A stretch of 63,736 nucleotides of DNA, the filler included, from Halocafeteria seosinensis (lineage: Eukaryota), in the NCBI GenBank assembly GCA_001687465.1. It is 5 parts of 5 records of this genome, joined end to end, with 100 filler letters (N's around TTAATTAATTAA, not from the genome) between each part and the next. Parts side by side here need not be neighbours in the genome. Positions count along the whole stretch, not along the records: positions 1 to 17,435 come from LVLI01000076.1; 4 more parts are not named here. The stretch is one strand, 5' to 3'. Below the pieces are notes generated by a model. That model was not told where the DNA came from, ran no database searches, and was given only the letters and a program-made list of their open reading frames with translations. Of this stretch, positions 1-11,101 are shown one piece after another (position 1 is the stretch's first letter; every line of letters begins with the position of its first letter). The position numbers and the translations under genes were made by a program.

Positions 1-32
1 TATCGAGGAAGTTTGGTGTCGCAATCACTTCG

Positions 33-1055
33 TTGATGTTTCGACGCACTCCTTCCTTCCAGTTAGCAGTTGCCCTTGTAGTTCTGTTCCTGGCGTTTGC
101 GCTGCATATTCACTACCAACCTTACATGAGTATGGCGGGGCGGNAAGAAGTGCTTCTACATCATAACAACAAAGTTAACAAAGGGAGTACGAAGCATTTG
201 AACATTAAGCGAATGTATGAAAGTGCCGAAAAAGCTGCACAATCCCGTCGGGAAGGAAAGTCGGAGAACATGGACAAGATCCTCCGCGAAAAGCAAGCCA
301 GATCTGCAAATTTCGTGTTTAACTACAATACAGTGGAGTCGGTTCTTCTGGCATCTGCTGTCTTTGTGGCACTCGGTGGGATCATGTTTCAGAGTAGCCG
401 TTTCGATAATGGTGACGGTGAAGCACAACGAAATGCTTTGGCAATTGCTATTGGTATTGTCATTGCGGCGAGTGTACTGTATTTCTTCGTAGTGTTCGTC
501 GCCGAACTAGGTGCGACATGCAACGTGGCAACGATAACAAGGTTATGCGAGTCGAAGAGAAGCAGGCAAGAGGACACCAGCGTCGGTACTGAATCCAAGC
601 AAGGGGCCGAAATGAATTACAATCCTATGGCGCTAAAGCAGCAAGCGTCAACAAAGTCAGTTAACGAACTTGTTGCAGAGGAGGCACCGCCTGGAAAAGA
701 AAAATGGGAACGTGTGAGATCTTACATCCTAGAAGTGAGAGAGCAAGCGGAGAAACTTCGGGCTGAAGTTGACAACCCAAAACCGGAGGACAACGCTCCT
801 GAAGCGAAATCGGAGAGGACAGTAGAAAGTATGCCCCCAATGACGTCTCAACAGGTGGTTTCCGCCTCCACTCCCGAAGCGGGGTCATCGAAGGTAGAAG
901 AGCCTAGTTTGGTGCAGAATCCTCTTTCCACTGACGCCCGACATACTAGCAACACACGAGTAGTTGCTACCGACGATTCTGAATCTGACGCGTCTTCTAC
1001 GAAAAACCTGCTTGAGGGAGACCATGAACAAGAAGCTAGTGAAACAAAGATGTAG
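33..1055 (+). CDS. C-terminal part of a large multi-pass membrane protein with low-complexity acidic tail
   Basis: 340-aa ORF with three hydrophobic segments, open to the window edge; family not recognised. Confidence 0.6.
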   Translation: MMFRRTPSFQLAVALVVLFLAFALHIHYQPYMSMAGRXEVLLHHNNKVNKGSTKHLNIKRMYESAEKAAQSRREGKSENMDKILREKQARSANFVFNYNTVESVLLASAVFVALGGIMFQSSRFDNGDGEAQRNALAIAIGIVIAASVLYFFVVFVAELGATCNVATITRLCESKRSRQEDTSVGTESKQGAEMNYNPMALKQQASTKSVNELVAEEAPPGKEKWERVRSYILEVREQAEKLRAEVDNPKPEDNAPEAKSERTVESMPPMTSQQVVSASTPEAGSSKVEEPSLVQNPLSTDARHTSNTRVVATDDSESDASSTKNLLEGDHEQEASETKM

Positions 1056-2432
1056 AAGCGTGTACCGCCCTTATACGATTCGTAGTTTCTGCCCAATCAT
1101 TGACTAGAGTAATAAACGTCGAAATAAGACAGTGGGTAATCGTAATTTCATCCCATGCGGTGTACCTGTTTCCTGGCAACTTTGGATAATATCCGCCTTT
1201 ATCTAGTTTCTGGGTAAAATAGCTGCTACACGGCAACCACTGACAAGTACCTTCCACATCCCACCGGTAATATAGATCTCAAGCTTTCAATCGTTTTCCG
1301 ACACATGAGTAAAGCCTTTTGAACGAAGACAGGGAAGATTTGGAACTCTTTTCCCGTTGTTTTTTGTCGGAGGCAAACGTGGCATACCAGGATACTGAGT
1401 TTCTACAGAACCAGAGGTTTCCCGGTGTGTATCTGTCTCAGAGGAAGTGCTGGTTGCCGCTGGATTTCTGGAAGCATCTGAGTAGCCTCCTTGCTGACTT
1501 GCAGAGGACAATCTAGTGCCTGCTCGTGTAGCACTTTCGCACCCTCGTCAGAATTGGTGTACCAGTTGGACTCGATGTAGGACTTCGAGTCCTCGTCAAA
1601 CTTCCCGAAGGGGTAGGAGTCGAACTGGTTGTTAGTGTAGCGCTCTATGTAGTAGTGGACGTGGAGCTGGGACTTCTTGCGAGAATGGTGTTGCTTGTGG
1701 CCATGCGGATCGTTGTCTTTACCACTGATAGTGGAGGATGCAGATGAAACTGTAAGACAGAGAATTCGTTTGGATCCGCCGTAGCTCAAATCTGCTCGAA
1801 CCATCGGAGAGTTGACCGTTGTTCGTAGATAAGTCACCAGAGCTCCCTTCGTCAACGTCGACAGACTCGGTGCCTCCTACCATATGGCAAGCTGTTCATC
1901 GCAGACGTAATATTCCACGTGAATGTAATATACATTCTCTGACACTTCTCTATTTATCCCTCCAATAACATCGCCGGCGGTAAATTCCTCAACGTCCTCA
2001 GAGGGACAACCATGCCCTGAGTACCATCCCCGATACCTCCTCTGCTCTGTACACACTCCCCCCCCGCTGCTCGGCCCATAATCATTCCAATACTGTAACA
2101 GTCCTCAATACGGACTCATCCGCCGTCGGCAGCTGTATCTAAACCTGTATACCTGTAATTTCACCGCTTTGCGTCCCCTTAATATTGCCGGCGGAATAAC
2201 ACTCCCTTATCCCAACGAATCCTACCTTAGAACCTGCCAAAGCATTCAGGATTCCTCTACTTCTGTCTCCAAAAACCTTAAATTCCTCGGTGGAATACGA
2301 TCCACCACCAGCGAATTCGTCAATCATGTTGTACCAGAGAAACCCACAATACCTCCTGACAGGAGCCCGCCGGTCAGGAAGTTGGCGATGTGGCAGGGCC
2401 TCTCCGTGCGTTTATCAAGGTAGTTTGTTCAT

Positions 2433-5213
2433 CTAACCGGTTTGAACGGTCATATCGAAGGGAAAGTTGAACCGATCAAACTGATCCATTGAACGTGCTG
2501 CGGCAGAAGAAGAGACTGCTGTTACATTGCGGGAATCAGAGACCGACTCTGAGACTCCGCTCCGGGCGTTCTCTCCGATATCCTCCTGATTAGCATGCGC
2601 AATCTCCGTCACATCGCGGAGCTGATGTGTCACTTCCTCCAAATGCTTTTCAAACCTTTCCATCCTTTCTGCCTGAGCAAACTGACCGTCTGAGCCTTCC
2701 GGGGCTGGGAGTTGCTGCTGAGCGCTTGACCCCCCAACAATATTCACACCATTGTTTTGATTCTTCTCAACCATCTCTTTCGCGCTTCTTGCTTCTGCAA
2801 GCACGACGTCAAGTTCCCCTCTGAGCGCATCCAATTAATGTTTTGGAGCATGTCCCTTCTCCATTAAATTAAGCTTCTGTTCAAGACGTTCAAGTCTTTC
2901 GCTTGAATCGGCTACTTGCCCTCGGCCGTCACTAAGAGACTTGGCAGATGTACTCCCGCTTCCTACATTGTCGGAACCAACGGCTTCATAGCGGTATCGT
3001 GCAAGAGCTTGGTGGATTAAATGCCGGTCATAGCCCAGCGATTTTAATAACTGCATCGCCGTAACGTCTTCTGGACCTATATCCCCTCGCATACATACTT
3101 TTACAATTGCCATTCCACAAGCAAGTCCTTCTTCCTCATATACATTCGCCGGTAGATCCGACATGATGCGATCACGGATTCGTCGCCAAATATCCCGAGG
3201 TTTTTTTGTGGGGTCCAGTGCATCAATGTGATTTTTCAATCCCAACGTAATATTCCGCGTCACATGCTCGACTAGCCGCATAATTTCGGTGTGAGTGGGT
3301 GCCACTGATAGCAAGTTCTTCATAGCCTGAGTGACATCCAAGTTCACATAACCTTTCATCACAACATGCAATGCGCCACTAATCTGGCTTGCAATTGGAA
3401 CATTTTGAAGCAATGCATTCAGTAAATAGGTAACCATCGATTTCTTCTTGCTGTTTGTGTCGATAGCAACATCACCCGACCGCACACTCATCGCTGCGAT
3501 GAAGTAGTCATACACGATTGAATTCAGTACGACATAGAAGGAGTGCAGCTTTGAATCCGTTTGGATATATGCCAAGACTCTGTCTTCATCCTCTTTCTCC
3601 AAAGCCCGAGGAATTTCATGTCGATGAACGGCTACCCCAGTGTTCGGCAAGACGCGAGTCCGAAGTTCTTCGACTTCTTCCACAGTCAATGTTACGTATT
3701 CTTGCTGCGAACGGCTCGCTGTCGATTCTAAAGTTGCTGCTGTTGGCTCGTAACCGGGCTGGTCATACGATGTATTCACCCTCGCGCCCTCAGAAGTACC
3801 TGATTCTTTGACCCTAGTTTCGTTTTCCCCAGCAGTAGAGTCCGCATTGGTCGTAGATTGTGATTGTTGGCTATGTTTATGTTGCTGAGGCAGCGGTGGT
3901 TTCGGGCTTACTGTTTCTTTGATCCCCTTGCAGTACCGAAGTTGGTGTTAGACGATTATTACTACCACTCTTTCGTTGTTCCTTTTCCTTCTGCCTGATC
4001 ACTTTAGCTTCTCGCTTGGCTCGTTCGGGTTCTTCCTGTAATCAGCAAACCCAAGAGAGAAATCAAAGGGACAAAAATTGGCTCAATACTTAACAACCCT
4101 GGAAATGCACCACCATTACCGGCACGCTAGAAGCGTCAGACCAATAACCAAAATACAAACACGCAACAATCGCAAAGAGTTAGTTCATAATCGACCAGTT
4201 TCACAAGGTTCATCGTCGCAGTGACCTACTCTTCCTCATTCATGCATTCATCTTTCTGTGGTGTGCTCAACCAAAGAGAGCCAGTCCTATCCCACTGGAA
4301 CGAGTTTTGGCAAAACACAAAGGTTGCTTGCTGGAGGGAGTCGTCGTGGTCTTACCTGGTTTCTCTGCTTGACTAATTGCTTGATTGTGTCATCCAGAGA
4401 TTGATTATTGATTGCATTGTCCTGTATATTAATCCAACTCAAAGTCGTATTGACCCGCAAGGCATCCGCCAAATGTTCAGCTCCTGTATCCCCGATTTGA
4501 TTATCATGTAACCAAAGCGCACTCAATGTCGTATTGACCCGCAAAGCATCCGCCAAATGTTGAGCTCCTGTACTCCCGATTCGATTGCGTCCTAAATCAA
4601 TCCACGTCAATGTCGTATTGACCTGCAAGGCATCCGCCAAATGTTGAGCTCCTGTAGCACCGATTTGATTCCCTGCCAACCCAATCCCAGTCAACGTCGT
4701 ATTGAAACGCAGGGTCTCCGCCAAATGTTGAACTACTGTATCACCGATTTGATTAAATCCTAAATAAATCTCGGTCAATGACGTATTGATCCGCAAGGCA
4801 TCCGCCAAATGTTGAGCCCCCGTGGCACCGACTTGATTCTCTCCTAAATAAATCCCAGTCAATGTCGTATTGACCCGCAAGGCATCCACCAAATGTTGAG
4901 CTCCTGTATCACCGATTTGATTCTCTCCTAAATGAATCCACGCCAATGTCGTATTCTTTCCCTCCCGCAAGGCATCAGCTATGTCTTTTGCATCTTTATC
5001 ATCCAAGTTCTTTTGATAAAGATCCCATCCTGTATCCTTATATCCTGGATCATTTCGTCGAATCCGTTCAATACTCGTCTGCACTCTTTCTTCCTGCTTG
5101 GCATCCCTCATGCTTGCTTGGTTGTTGTTCGATGACATTCTTGGCGTCCCGGCGTCCCTCTTGCTCGATGCTGCATTACCCATTGGAGTCCGATGGCAGT
5201 TTTCTTTCTGCAT
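2433..5213 (-). CDS. RI-like (NLRC3-type) leucine-rich repeat protein with C-terminal helical/coiled-coil region, probably multi-exon
   Basis: 28-aa repeats (NTTLTxIxLxxNQIGDTGAQHLADALRV) in 4287-5213; minus-strand donor CAG|GTAAG near 4355 and acceptor near 4037 suggest a link to ORFs 2835-3779 and 2433-2834 (the join is inferred). Confidence 0.7.
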
Positions 5214-5879
5214 ACTCTAGGCAACCCCTTTGTGATCAAGCTCCAAGAATGGGCGTGTCGGTATTGTTCCTACCGGAAGACGTGCCTGCTACAGGCTACG
5301 CCACGCCGTGTGAAGGTGAATCTACCCAACATCTTCACGTCAACGTGACTGACAGAATGGGCTAGGACATACATATGTAGAGGGTTCCTTTCGGGGTTTT
5401 TTTTTTCGCGAGCATGTTCTCTGTCTTTCTCTTTCATGGGGAGGCTGGAGCCCAGCACGAACCAGCAATTCCGGATATGACAATAACCTTGTACAGCTGT
5501 ACTTCAGGATACAGGTACCATCCTAGACATACCGGTAACTCGCTGCGGCAGTGCCCGCGCACGGATGCAGCACTTCTTGCCCTAGTAGTCATGGTACAAC
5601 AAGTATATAGTACCTGTTTCGCAACAAATTAAATCACCGTATAATATTAATAAACCTCGAACTTCCGTAGATGTAATCGAAGCAGAAGAACCCTTGTCAA
5701 TAATTGCAATATACATCCAGCAACATAAGGGGAATGCTGAATTCGGAGTTTGCTATCACACAAGTGACAAAAAGTTTGTGCCGTTATCGCAAAATTAAAG
5801 TTTTGGGATAAATGTTACCACAATACTGAATTTATCAGTACAGTAATTTTTGTCCGTAAGAGATTGATTTTGGATTTCG

Positions 5880-6242
5880 CTGGCGTTTATATGTTAATGC
5901 CATATTGCCCCGCAAGGCATCTGCGAAGTGCTACTCCCGTATTCCCAATTTCATTCCGTGACAACCAAATCTTAGTTTGTGTCGTACAACCGTACCGGAA
6001 GGCATCCGCCAATGTTGTTCTTCTGTAACACCGATTTGATTCCTTAGTAAATGAATCCTAGTCAATGTCGTATTGATACCAAGGTATCGGCTATGCTTTT
6101 TGCATCTTTGTCATCGAGGTTCTTTCAGAAAAATCCCATCTTGAGTCATCAATAATATCCTGGGGATCTTTTTGTCAAATCCTTTGAATTAACGTCTGCA
6201 CCTTGTCCTCCTCTTGCTCGGACGATTGATATGCGATGCCAT
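5880..6242 (-). pseudogene. Decayed paralog of the 5' part of the adjacent LRR gene
   Basis: 6035-6142 aligns by eye with 4915-5032 and contains indels and stops. Confidence 0.7.
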
Positions 6243-6305
6243 TCTTATTCTTGTTAAGTAGGCAGCATAGAGTACACTATGCCCTATATGGTGTGTTGAG
6301 TGGCT

Positions 6306-6383
6306 TGTAGCGCGCCGAAGACCCCTCCATAATGTTATAGTATATATACTATAACATTATGGAGGGGTCTTCGGCGCGCTACA
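6306..6383. repeat. Perfect 78-bp palindrome at the host/PLV junction
   Basis: tgtagcgcgccgaagacccctccataatgttatagtata followed directly by its exact reverse complement; centre 6344/6345. Confidence 0.97.
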
Positions 6384-6439
6384 CGTAGGGTGAAAAAAAA
6401 GATTGTTTGATTAAAAAAGTAAAGTTATAGAAGGAAAAG

Positions 6440-7277
6440 TTAAGATAATTATAGTAGTTTTACAAATAAAAGTAATAATTCAAATAAACGCCAATAATTG
6501 TAGAATTAGGAAAATCCATTTACACAGAAGAATTGTAGAAGAAAGTTAGAAAATTCATCTACATAGAGGAGTATTGAAGGGTAATATACAGGAAGGTTGC
6601 ATCACCATTTAAAACAGCCTAAAAATATGATAAATATAAATACTTTTACGATAGAAAATAACTAAAAGCATTAACAATTAAACGATAAGTAATCCCCAGA
6701 GAAATAGGGGTTTTGAAAGGTTCCCAAAATAGAGTTAAACATTCTATTAAAGATTGAACATATTTTTTGAGAACCGTTTTTTTAATATATCAAAAAAAGT
6801 AGCCCAGTGAGTGTTTAACGCCAATAATTATAAAAGTTAACATAATTATGATAGTTTTAGAAATAGAAGTAATAATTCAAATAAACGCCAATAATTATAG
6901 AATTAGGAAAATCCATTTACATAGAAGAAAGTTAGAAAATCCATCTACATAGAAGAATACTGACGGGGTAATACGTAGAAAAGTTAAATAAAAGGCTGGT
7001 TAGTCTTAACGCCAATCAAGAACTCACAGAAATAATACCGGCGGATTAATTACAAAATACAATAAGAAAGAATATTAAAGGGTAATATACAGTAGACTTA
7101 TGAAATCGTTATAATTGAAGCTTAAATGAGATGATAATGAAAACTTTTGAAGTAGAAATTAAAGAAAAGTGTTTTAAAATGAGATAAGAATAATCCTATA
7201 GGAATAAGAGTTTTAGGGGGTTCTCAAAATAAGGTAAAACATTCTATTAAAGATTGAACATATATTTTGGGAACCGT
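6440..7277. repeat. Two imperfect direct copies of a ~400-500-bp AT-rich subterminal unit
   Basis: aagtaataattcaaataaacgccaataatt at ~6470 and ~6867; aaacattctattaaagattgaacata at ~6737 and ~7237. Confidence 0.85.
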
Positions 7278-7398
7278 AAAAATTAGAAAGATAAATAAAG
7301 CCCCTCTTGACGTATATGGGATAACTGAAAAAAAGAAGAATGAGAAAAGAAAAATGGAAGTGGTGTTTAAAACTAATAAACAACACTTACAAATAGAA

Positions 7399-8403
7399 TT
7401 AAATAAGTTTAAGCTTCAAAGAATTCAATTTTCGTAATAATTCCTGCTTGGTTAAGTCTTTTGAATTTACATCTCCATATGGTAATTCTTCTTCCTTTCC
7501 ATTTACTTTCATTTTTATTTTATATTTGTGTATACCGTCATTAGCTTTTCTAACGCTAACGATTTTAACATCTTGTTTTCTATTACTTTCTTTTCCTGTG
7601 TCCTCTTCTTCAGGTTTAGTCTTTTTGGATTTATCAGTGCTACTATCCTTACTATTAAGTTCATCTTTCAAATCACTCTTAATATCATTACATACTGGGT
7701 TAAATTCGGTATCTTTAAGGCGTCTCTTAAAATCATTTTCACTATAATCCAAACAAAAGAATTTAAAATTTTCATTAACAGCGTGTCTAAAAGCGCTCTT
7801 GAAATCTTCTTTAGAAAAACCATTTCCGTGCTCATTAAACAATGTGTCTAATTCTTTATCATTAGCATTAAATACTAAAACTAAATTACTGTTGTTCATT
7901 CTAGAAGAAGGGTTTAAATCTGTATAGCGTTGGGCACTAGTTATAACACTAACATTATAATGACGGGATGTGTTATAAAGTCTATTGATAGCATTATTAG
8001 AATGTTTTTTCATTACGTTTTGATGTATCAAATCTTCAAAAATAAACAATGAAGGTTTTCTAGTCTCTTGCATTGTATCAATCAAATCATTAACAGTATC
8101 ATTACTATAATCAGAAAAAGTTTTTAAAATAAATTTAGGTTTAAGCCTTTGGTGTGCTCTTTGATATTGTTCAATAGTAGTAGCAGTCCCACTAAAAAGA
8201 AAAACAGCACTCAAAGCATCCTTGTAATAATGAAAAACCAGTCTCTTAATGATATGACTTTTACCAGCCCCACTACTACCACTAACAACAGCACGTAAAG
8301 GAAATAACTTTTTAAAAGGTTCCTTTATTTTCTTTGTGTAATCAATTTTCTTACTATCATCTTCATCCTTAATATCTATATCCCATAAGCTGTTCTTACT
8401 CAT
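7399..8403 (-). CDS. A32-like (FtsK/HerA superfamily) DNA packaging ATPase
   Basis: Walker A GSSGAGKS, Walker B-like LFIFEDL, SRHYNVSVITSAQ motif, followed by RMN. Confidence 0.9.
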   Translation of the reverse strand: MSKNSLWDIDIKDEDDSKKIDYTKKIKEPFKKLFPLRAVVSGSSGAGKSHIIKRLVFHYYKDALSAVFLFSGTATTIEQYQRAHQRLKPKFILKTFSDYSNDTVNDLIDTMQETRKPSLFIFEDLIHQNVMKKHSNNAINRLYNTSRHYNVSVITSAQRYTDLNPSSRMNNSNLVLVFNANDKELDTLFNEHGNGFSKEDFKSAFRHAVNENFKFFCLDYSENDFKRRLKDTEFNPVCNDIKSDLKDELNSKDSSTDKSKKTKPEEEDTGKESNRKQDVKIVSVRKANDGIHKYKIKMKVNGKEEELPYGDVNSKDLTKQELLRKLNSLKLKLI

Positions 8404-8457
8404 ATCTATATAATAAGAGTAGAATAAATTAATTACTTTAGATGTGAAAGTAATTAA

Positions 8458-8670
8458 TTAATAGAGGTAAAACCCAAAAGAATAAATGACCATATTTAGA
8501 GGAGGATTACTATCATTATCAATACGTTTTAAATCTTTACAATTCAGTCTATGGTTAAAATGATTAGANTTNCTNATTTTCTTATTACAATAACTACATT
8601 TTCTAAATCTTGAAGGCTTTTTGATATCAAAGATTGTATCAAAGCTTATATCGTATTTTTCCATATCCAT
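8458..8670 (-). CDS. Small putative zinc-finger protein
   Basis: CSYC...H...C pattern; contains ambiguous bases. Confidence 0.5.
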   Translation of the reverse strand: MDMEKYDISFDTIFDIKKPSRFRKCSYCNKKXXXSNHFNHRLNCKDLKRIDNDSNPPLNMVIYSFGFYLY

Positions 8671-8690
8671 ATAAAATAAATCTATATATA

Positions 8691-10061
8691 TTATTTTGAT
8701 GAGGCCGCTGCTCCAGATTTTGATGAGGCTGCTGCTCCTGATTTTTTTGATTTTTGGACTAATGCGTTTTTTCTAGCCTTCCTCTCTGTATTGGGTGATG
8801 GAGGGCCTTTCTTTATATTTGTTTGTTGTGCTTCTCTTTCCGTTCTTCTTCTCATCTTATGAAAAATAGTAGTATATTTAATATCTTTTCTCGCTTTTTG
8901 CAATTCTTTTTTTGATCGGCCTTTATCCAATAGTGTTCTATATAAGTCTTCTTCTGAAGCAGTACTTAATGTTAAACCCTTGTTAGTTTTTAGTTCTTGT
9001 TTTTCTTCTTCAGTCAATAACCCCCATAATTCGTTTTTATTTGTTCGTGGGTCGTAATTATATTCTCTCATAAATTCGTTAACATCTTTTTCAAATTCTT
9101 TTTGGGCTTCCTCCTTACTAAGCCTTCCTTTTTGTGTTCCATCTGCTATTTGTGCTAAAGTTGATGAAGAAAGTTTAGATTTTTCTCCTTTACCACTTTC
9201 ACCTTCTCCACCTTCAAAACCTTCACCTGAAGCTTCACCAGATGCTTCACTAGATGCTGCTGCACCCTCTCCTACATCACCTTCTGAACTACTCATAAAC
9301 CGCATAACATTACTACCGGGTATTTGTTGAAAGGAAGCAGTTGATGTATTTAAACCACCTCTAGTTTCATTTCTTACTAACTGCCCATTTCTAACTTGGG
9401 CTTGCCCAAATGGTTGGGGTTGAGAAGTATTTGGTTGATTAACCATATTTGTTGCACTTTGAACATTTTGGCTTTGTGTGTTGATATCTTTTGGTATTAA
9501 ATCGTTAGGGTCTATTTGATTAACAGCAGCTATATTAGCAGCTAAATTCCTTAACTCAGTATTACTCATATTATCATATCTTGGTTTATGCAATCCATGA
9601 CTTTTAAGTCTATTCAAGATTTCTTCTCTTGTGTTTCTTTGTGGGTCGTTTTTATCCTGTATTTCTCTATTATCAAGGAATTTCCGTAAAGCATCCATTA
9701 TTGGAGGTTTTCCTGGTTTCGTATTAAATGTATCCAGTTTTCCTGGTGTTTCATCATCTCTAGGGTCTATCACTTGTATTTCTTTTGTAGTATCAACATC
9801 TTCTACTTGTAATCCCCTATAATCTACTGGAGGAGGAATTCTATAGTCATTAAAAAAACCGTGAGGGTTATATGGAGGAAACAAATTAGTATCCATATTA
9901 TTGGAAGGCAAGTATGAAGGATATAAAGTTTCTCTATTTCCATCAGTCTCTGTGTTAGAGATTAAATATCCTTCTTTATCAATAATTGTTCCATATTTAT
10001 TTTCCCTTTCTATTGTTTGAAAATTATTTTCACTACCTCTAGTATAACCTTTTTTAAACAT
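8691..10061 (-). CDS. Hypothetical PLV protein (456 aa), low-complexity middle and basic C-terminus
   Basis: Long ORF in the AT-rich element with an upstream TCTA motif; no recognised domain. Confidence 0.7.
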   Translation of the reverse strand: MFKKGYTRGSENNFQTIERENKYGTIIDKEGYLISNTETDGNRETLYPSYLPSNNMDTNLFPPYNPHGFFNDYRIPPPVDYRGLQVEDVDTTKEIQVIDPRDDETPGKLDTFNTKPGKPPIMDALRKFLDNREIQDKNDPQRNTREEILNRLKSHGLHKPRYDNMSNTELRNLAANIAAVNQIDPNDLIPKDINTQSQNVQSATNMVNQPNTSQPQPFGQAQVRNGQLVRNETRGGLNTSTASFQQIPGSNVMRFMSSSEGDVGEGAAASSEASGEASGEGFEGGEGESGKGEKSKLSSSTLAQIADGTQKGRLSKEEAQKEFEKDVNEFMREYNYDPRTNKNELWGLLTEEEKQELKTNKGLTLSTASEEDLYRTLLDKGRSKKELQKARKDIKYTTIFHKMRRRTEREAQQTNIKKGPPSPNTERKARKNALVQKSKKSGAAASSKSGAAASSK

Positions 10062-10282
10062 TTTCTTTTATATTATATTATTAGATATTATTATTATTTT
10101 TTAATATTCTATGTGCTAAATTATATTTCATTGGTTGAAAGAATTTTGCTAGAGTTAAATAGTATAAACCATAAAAGAAGCCCATAACAGTTCCATTACA
10201 CTCATTTTTTACATCTCTTATTTCATTGTCCGTAATTCTATCCATTTTCTATTTACTATATATTATAGTAGATAGAAAATTA

Positions 10283-11017
10283 TTAAACAAAGTTATCTAT
10301 AGAATGGATTTCTATCAAGTTCTTATTTTCATTTATCTGTAGTGTTTTCACTTCTGCTTTTGAAAACAAGGGTGATAAAATGCTCACCGGGTCAGCCGCA
10401 GTTCTAATTATTGTTATGTTATTTTGATTAAATTTAGTAAAGTTCCTTCTAATATCATTTTGATTAAAACCTGGGTTGAAAACAATAACATCATTAACAT
10501 TGTCTTTTAGTGCATTTATGTTAAAACATATATTTCCACCTAGAGAATGCCCTGTAATAGTTATCCTTGAAGGATTGTAAAATCCTACAATACTATCATA
10601 TTGTTCTAAATCTGTTTTAAATCTTCCTGTTGATAACTCATTACCTTTACCAAGCTCATAATCTGTTATAACATCTTTAATACTCTTTGTTCCTCTATAA
10701 CCTATAATTAAATGATTAGAATTCTTATCTAAATAAACTGCTGTTGATGTATCACTTCCTCTATCTTGTAGTTCAAAATTACCAATAAAAGGTTCTCTAT
10801 TTGTTTTGTAGCTTTGACTACTCACCTTCGCAGCAGTTTGTTCTAAATCACTCATTTCATCAATACTCTCTATTTTGTTTTTATTGAAAATATTTAATTT
10901 ACTAATACCTTGTTTTACCTTCTCAATTGAACGTCCTATTTTTTTTCTTCCTCTATTAAATAACCTACCTACACGTTTAGCAGTATCCCGTATTTTTCTA
11001 CCTAATTTATTAACCAT
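10283..11017 (-). CDS. Class 3 lipase (alpha/beta hydrolase) with basic amphipathic N-terminus
   Basis: IGYRGT, GHSLGG nucleophile elbow, FNPG, DPVS, and C-terminal HSIDNF. Confidence 0.88.
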   Translation of the reverse strand: MVNKLGRKIRDTAKRVGRLFNRGRKKIGRSIEKVKQGISKLNIFNKNKIESIDEMSDLEQTAAKVSSQSYKTNREPFIGNFELQDRGSDTSTAVYLDKNSNHLIIGYRGTKSIKDVITDYELGKGNELSTGRFKTDLEQYDSIVGFYNPSRITITGHSLGGNICFNINALKDNVNDVIVFNPGFNQNDIRRNFTKFNQNNITIIRTAADPVSILSPLFSKAEVKTLQINENKNLIEIHSIDNFV

Positions 11018-11101
11018 TATAATAAGTTATGATATTTATTTTTATTATATCTATATAACAAAAATAAATAAATTAGATACCAACACTAACAACTCTCTCA
11101 G

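Noticed and set aside
1287..2423. Fragmentary minus-strand ORFs and a small GC hairpin near 2350-2380
   Set aside because: No recognisable motif; cannot support a call
4287..5000. 84-bp DNA periodicity
   Set aside because: Fully explained by 28-aa LRR coding repeats
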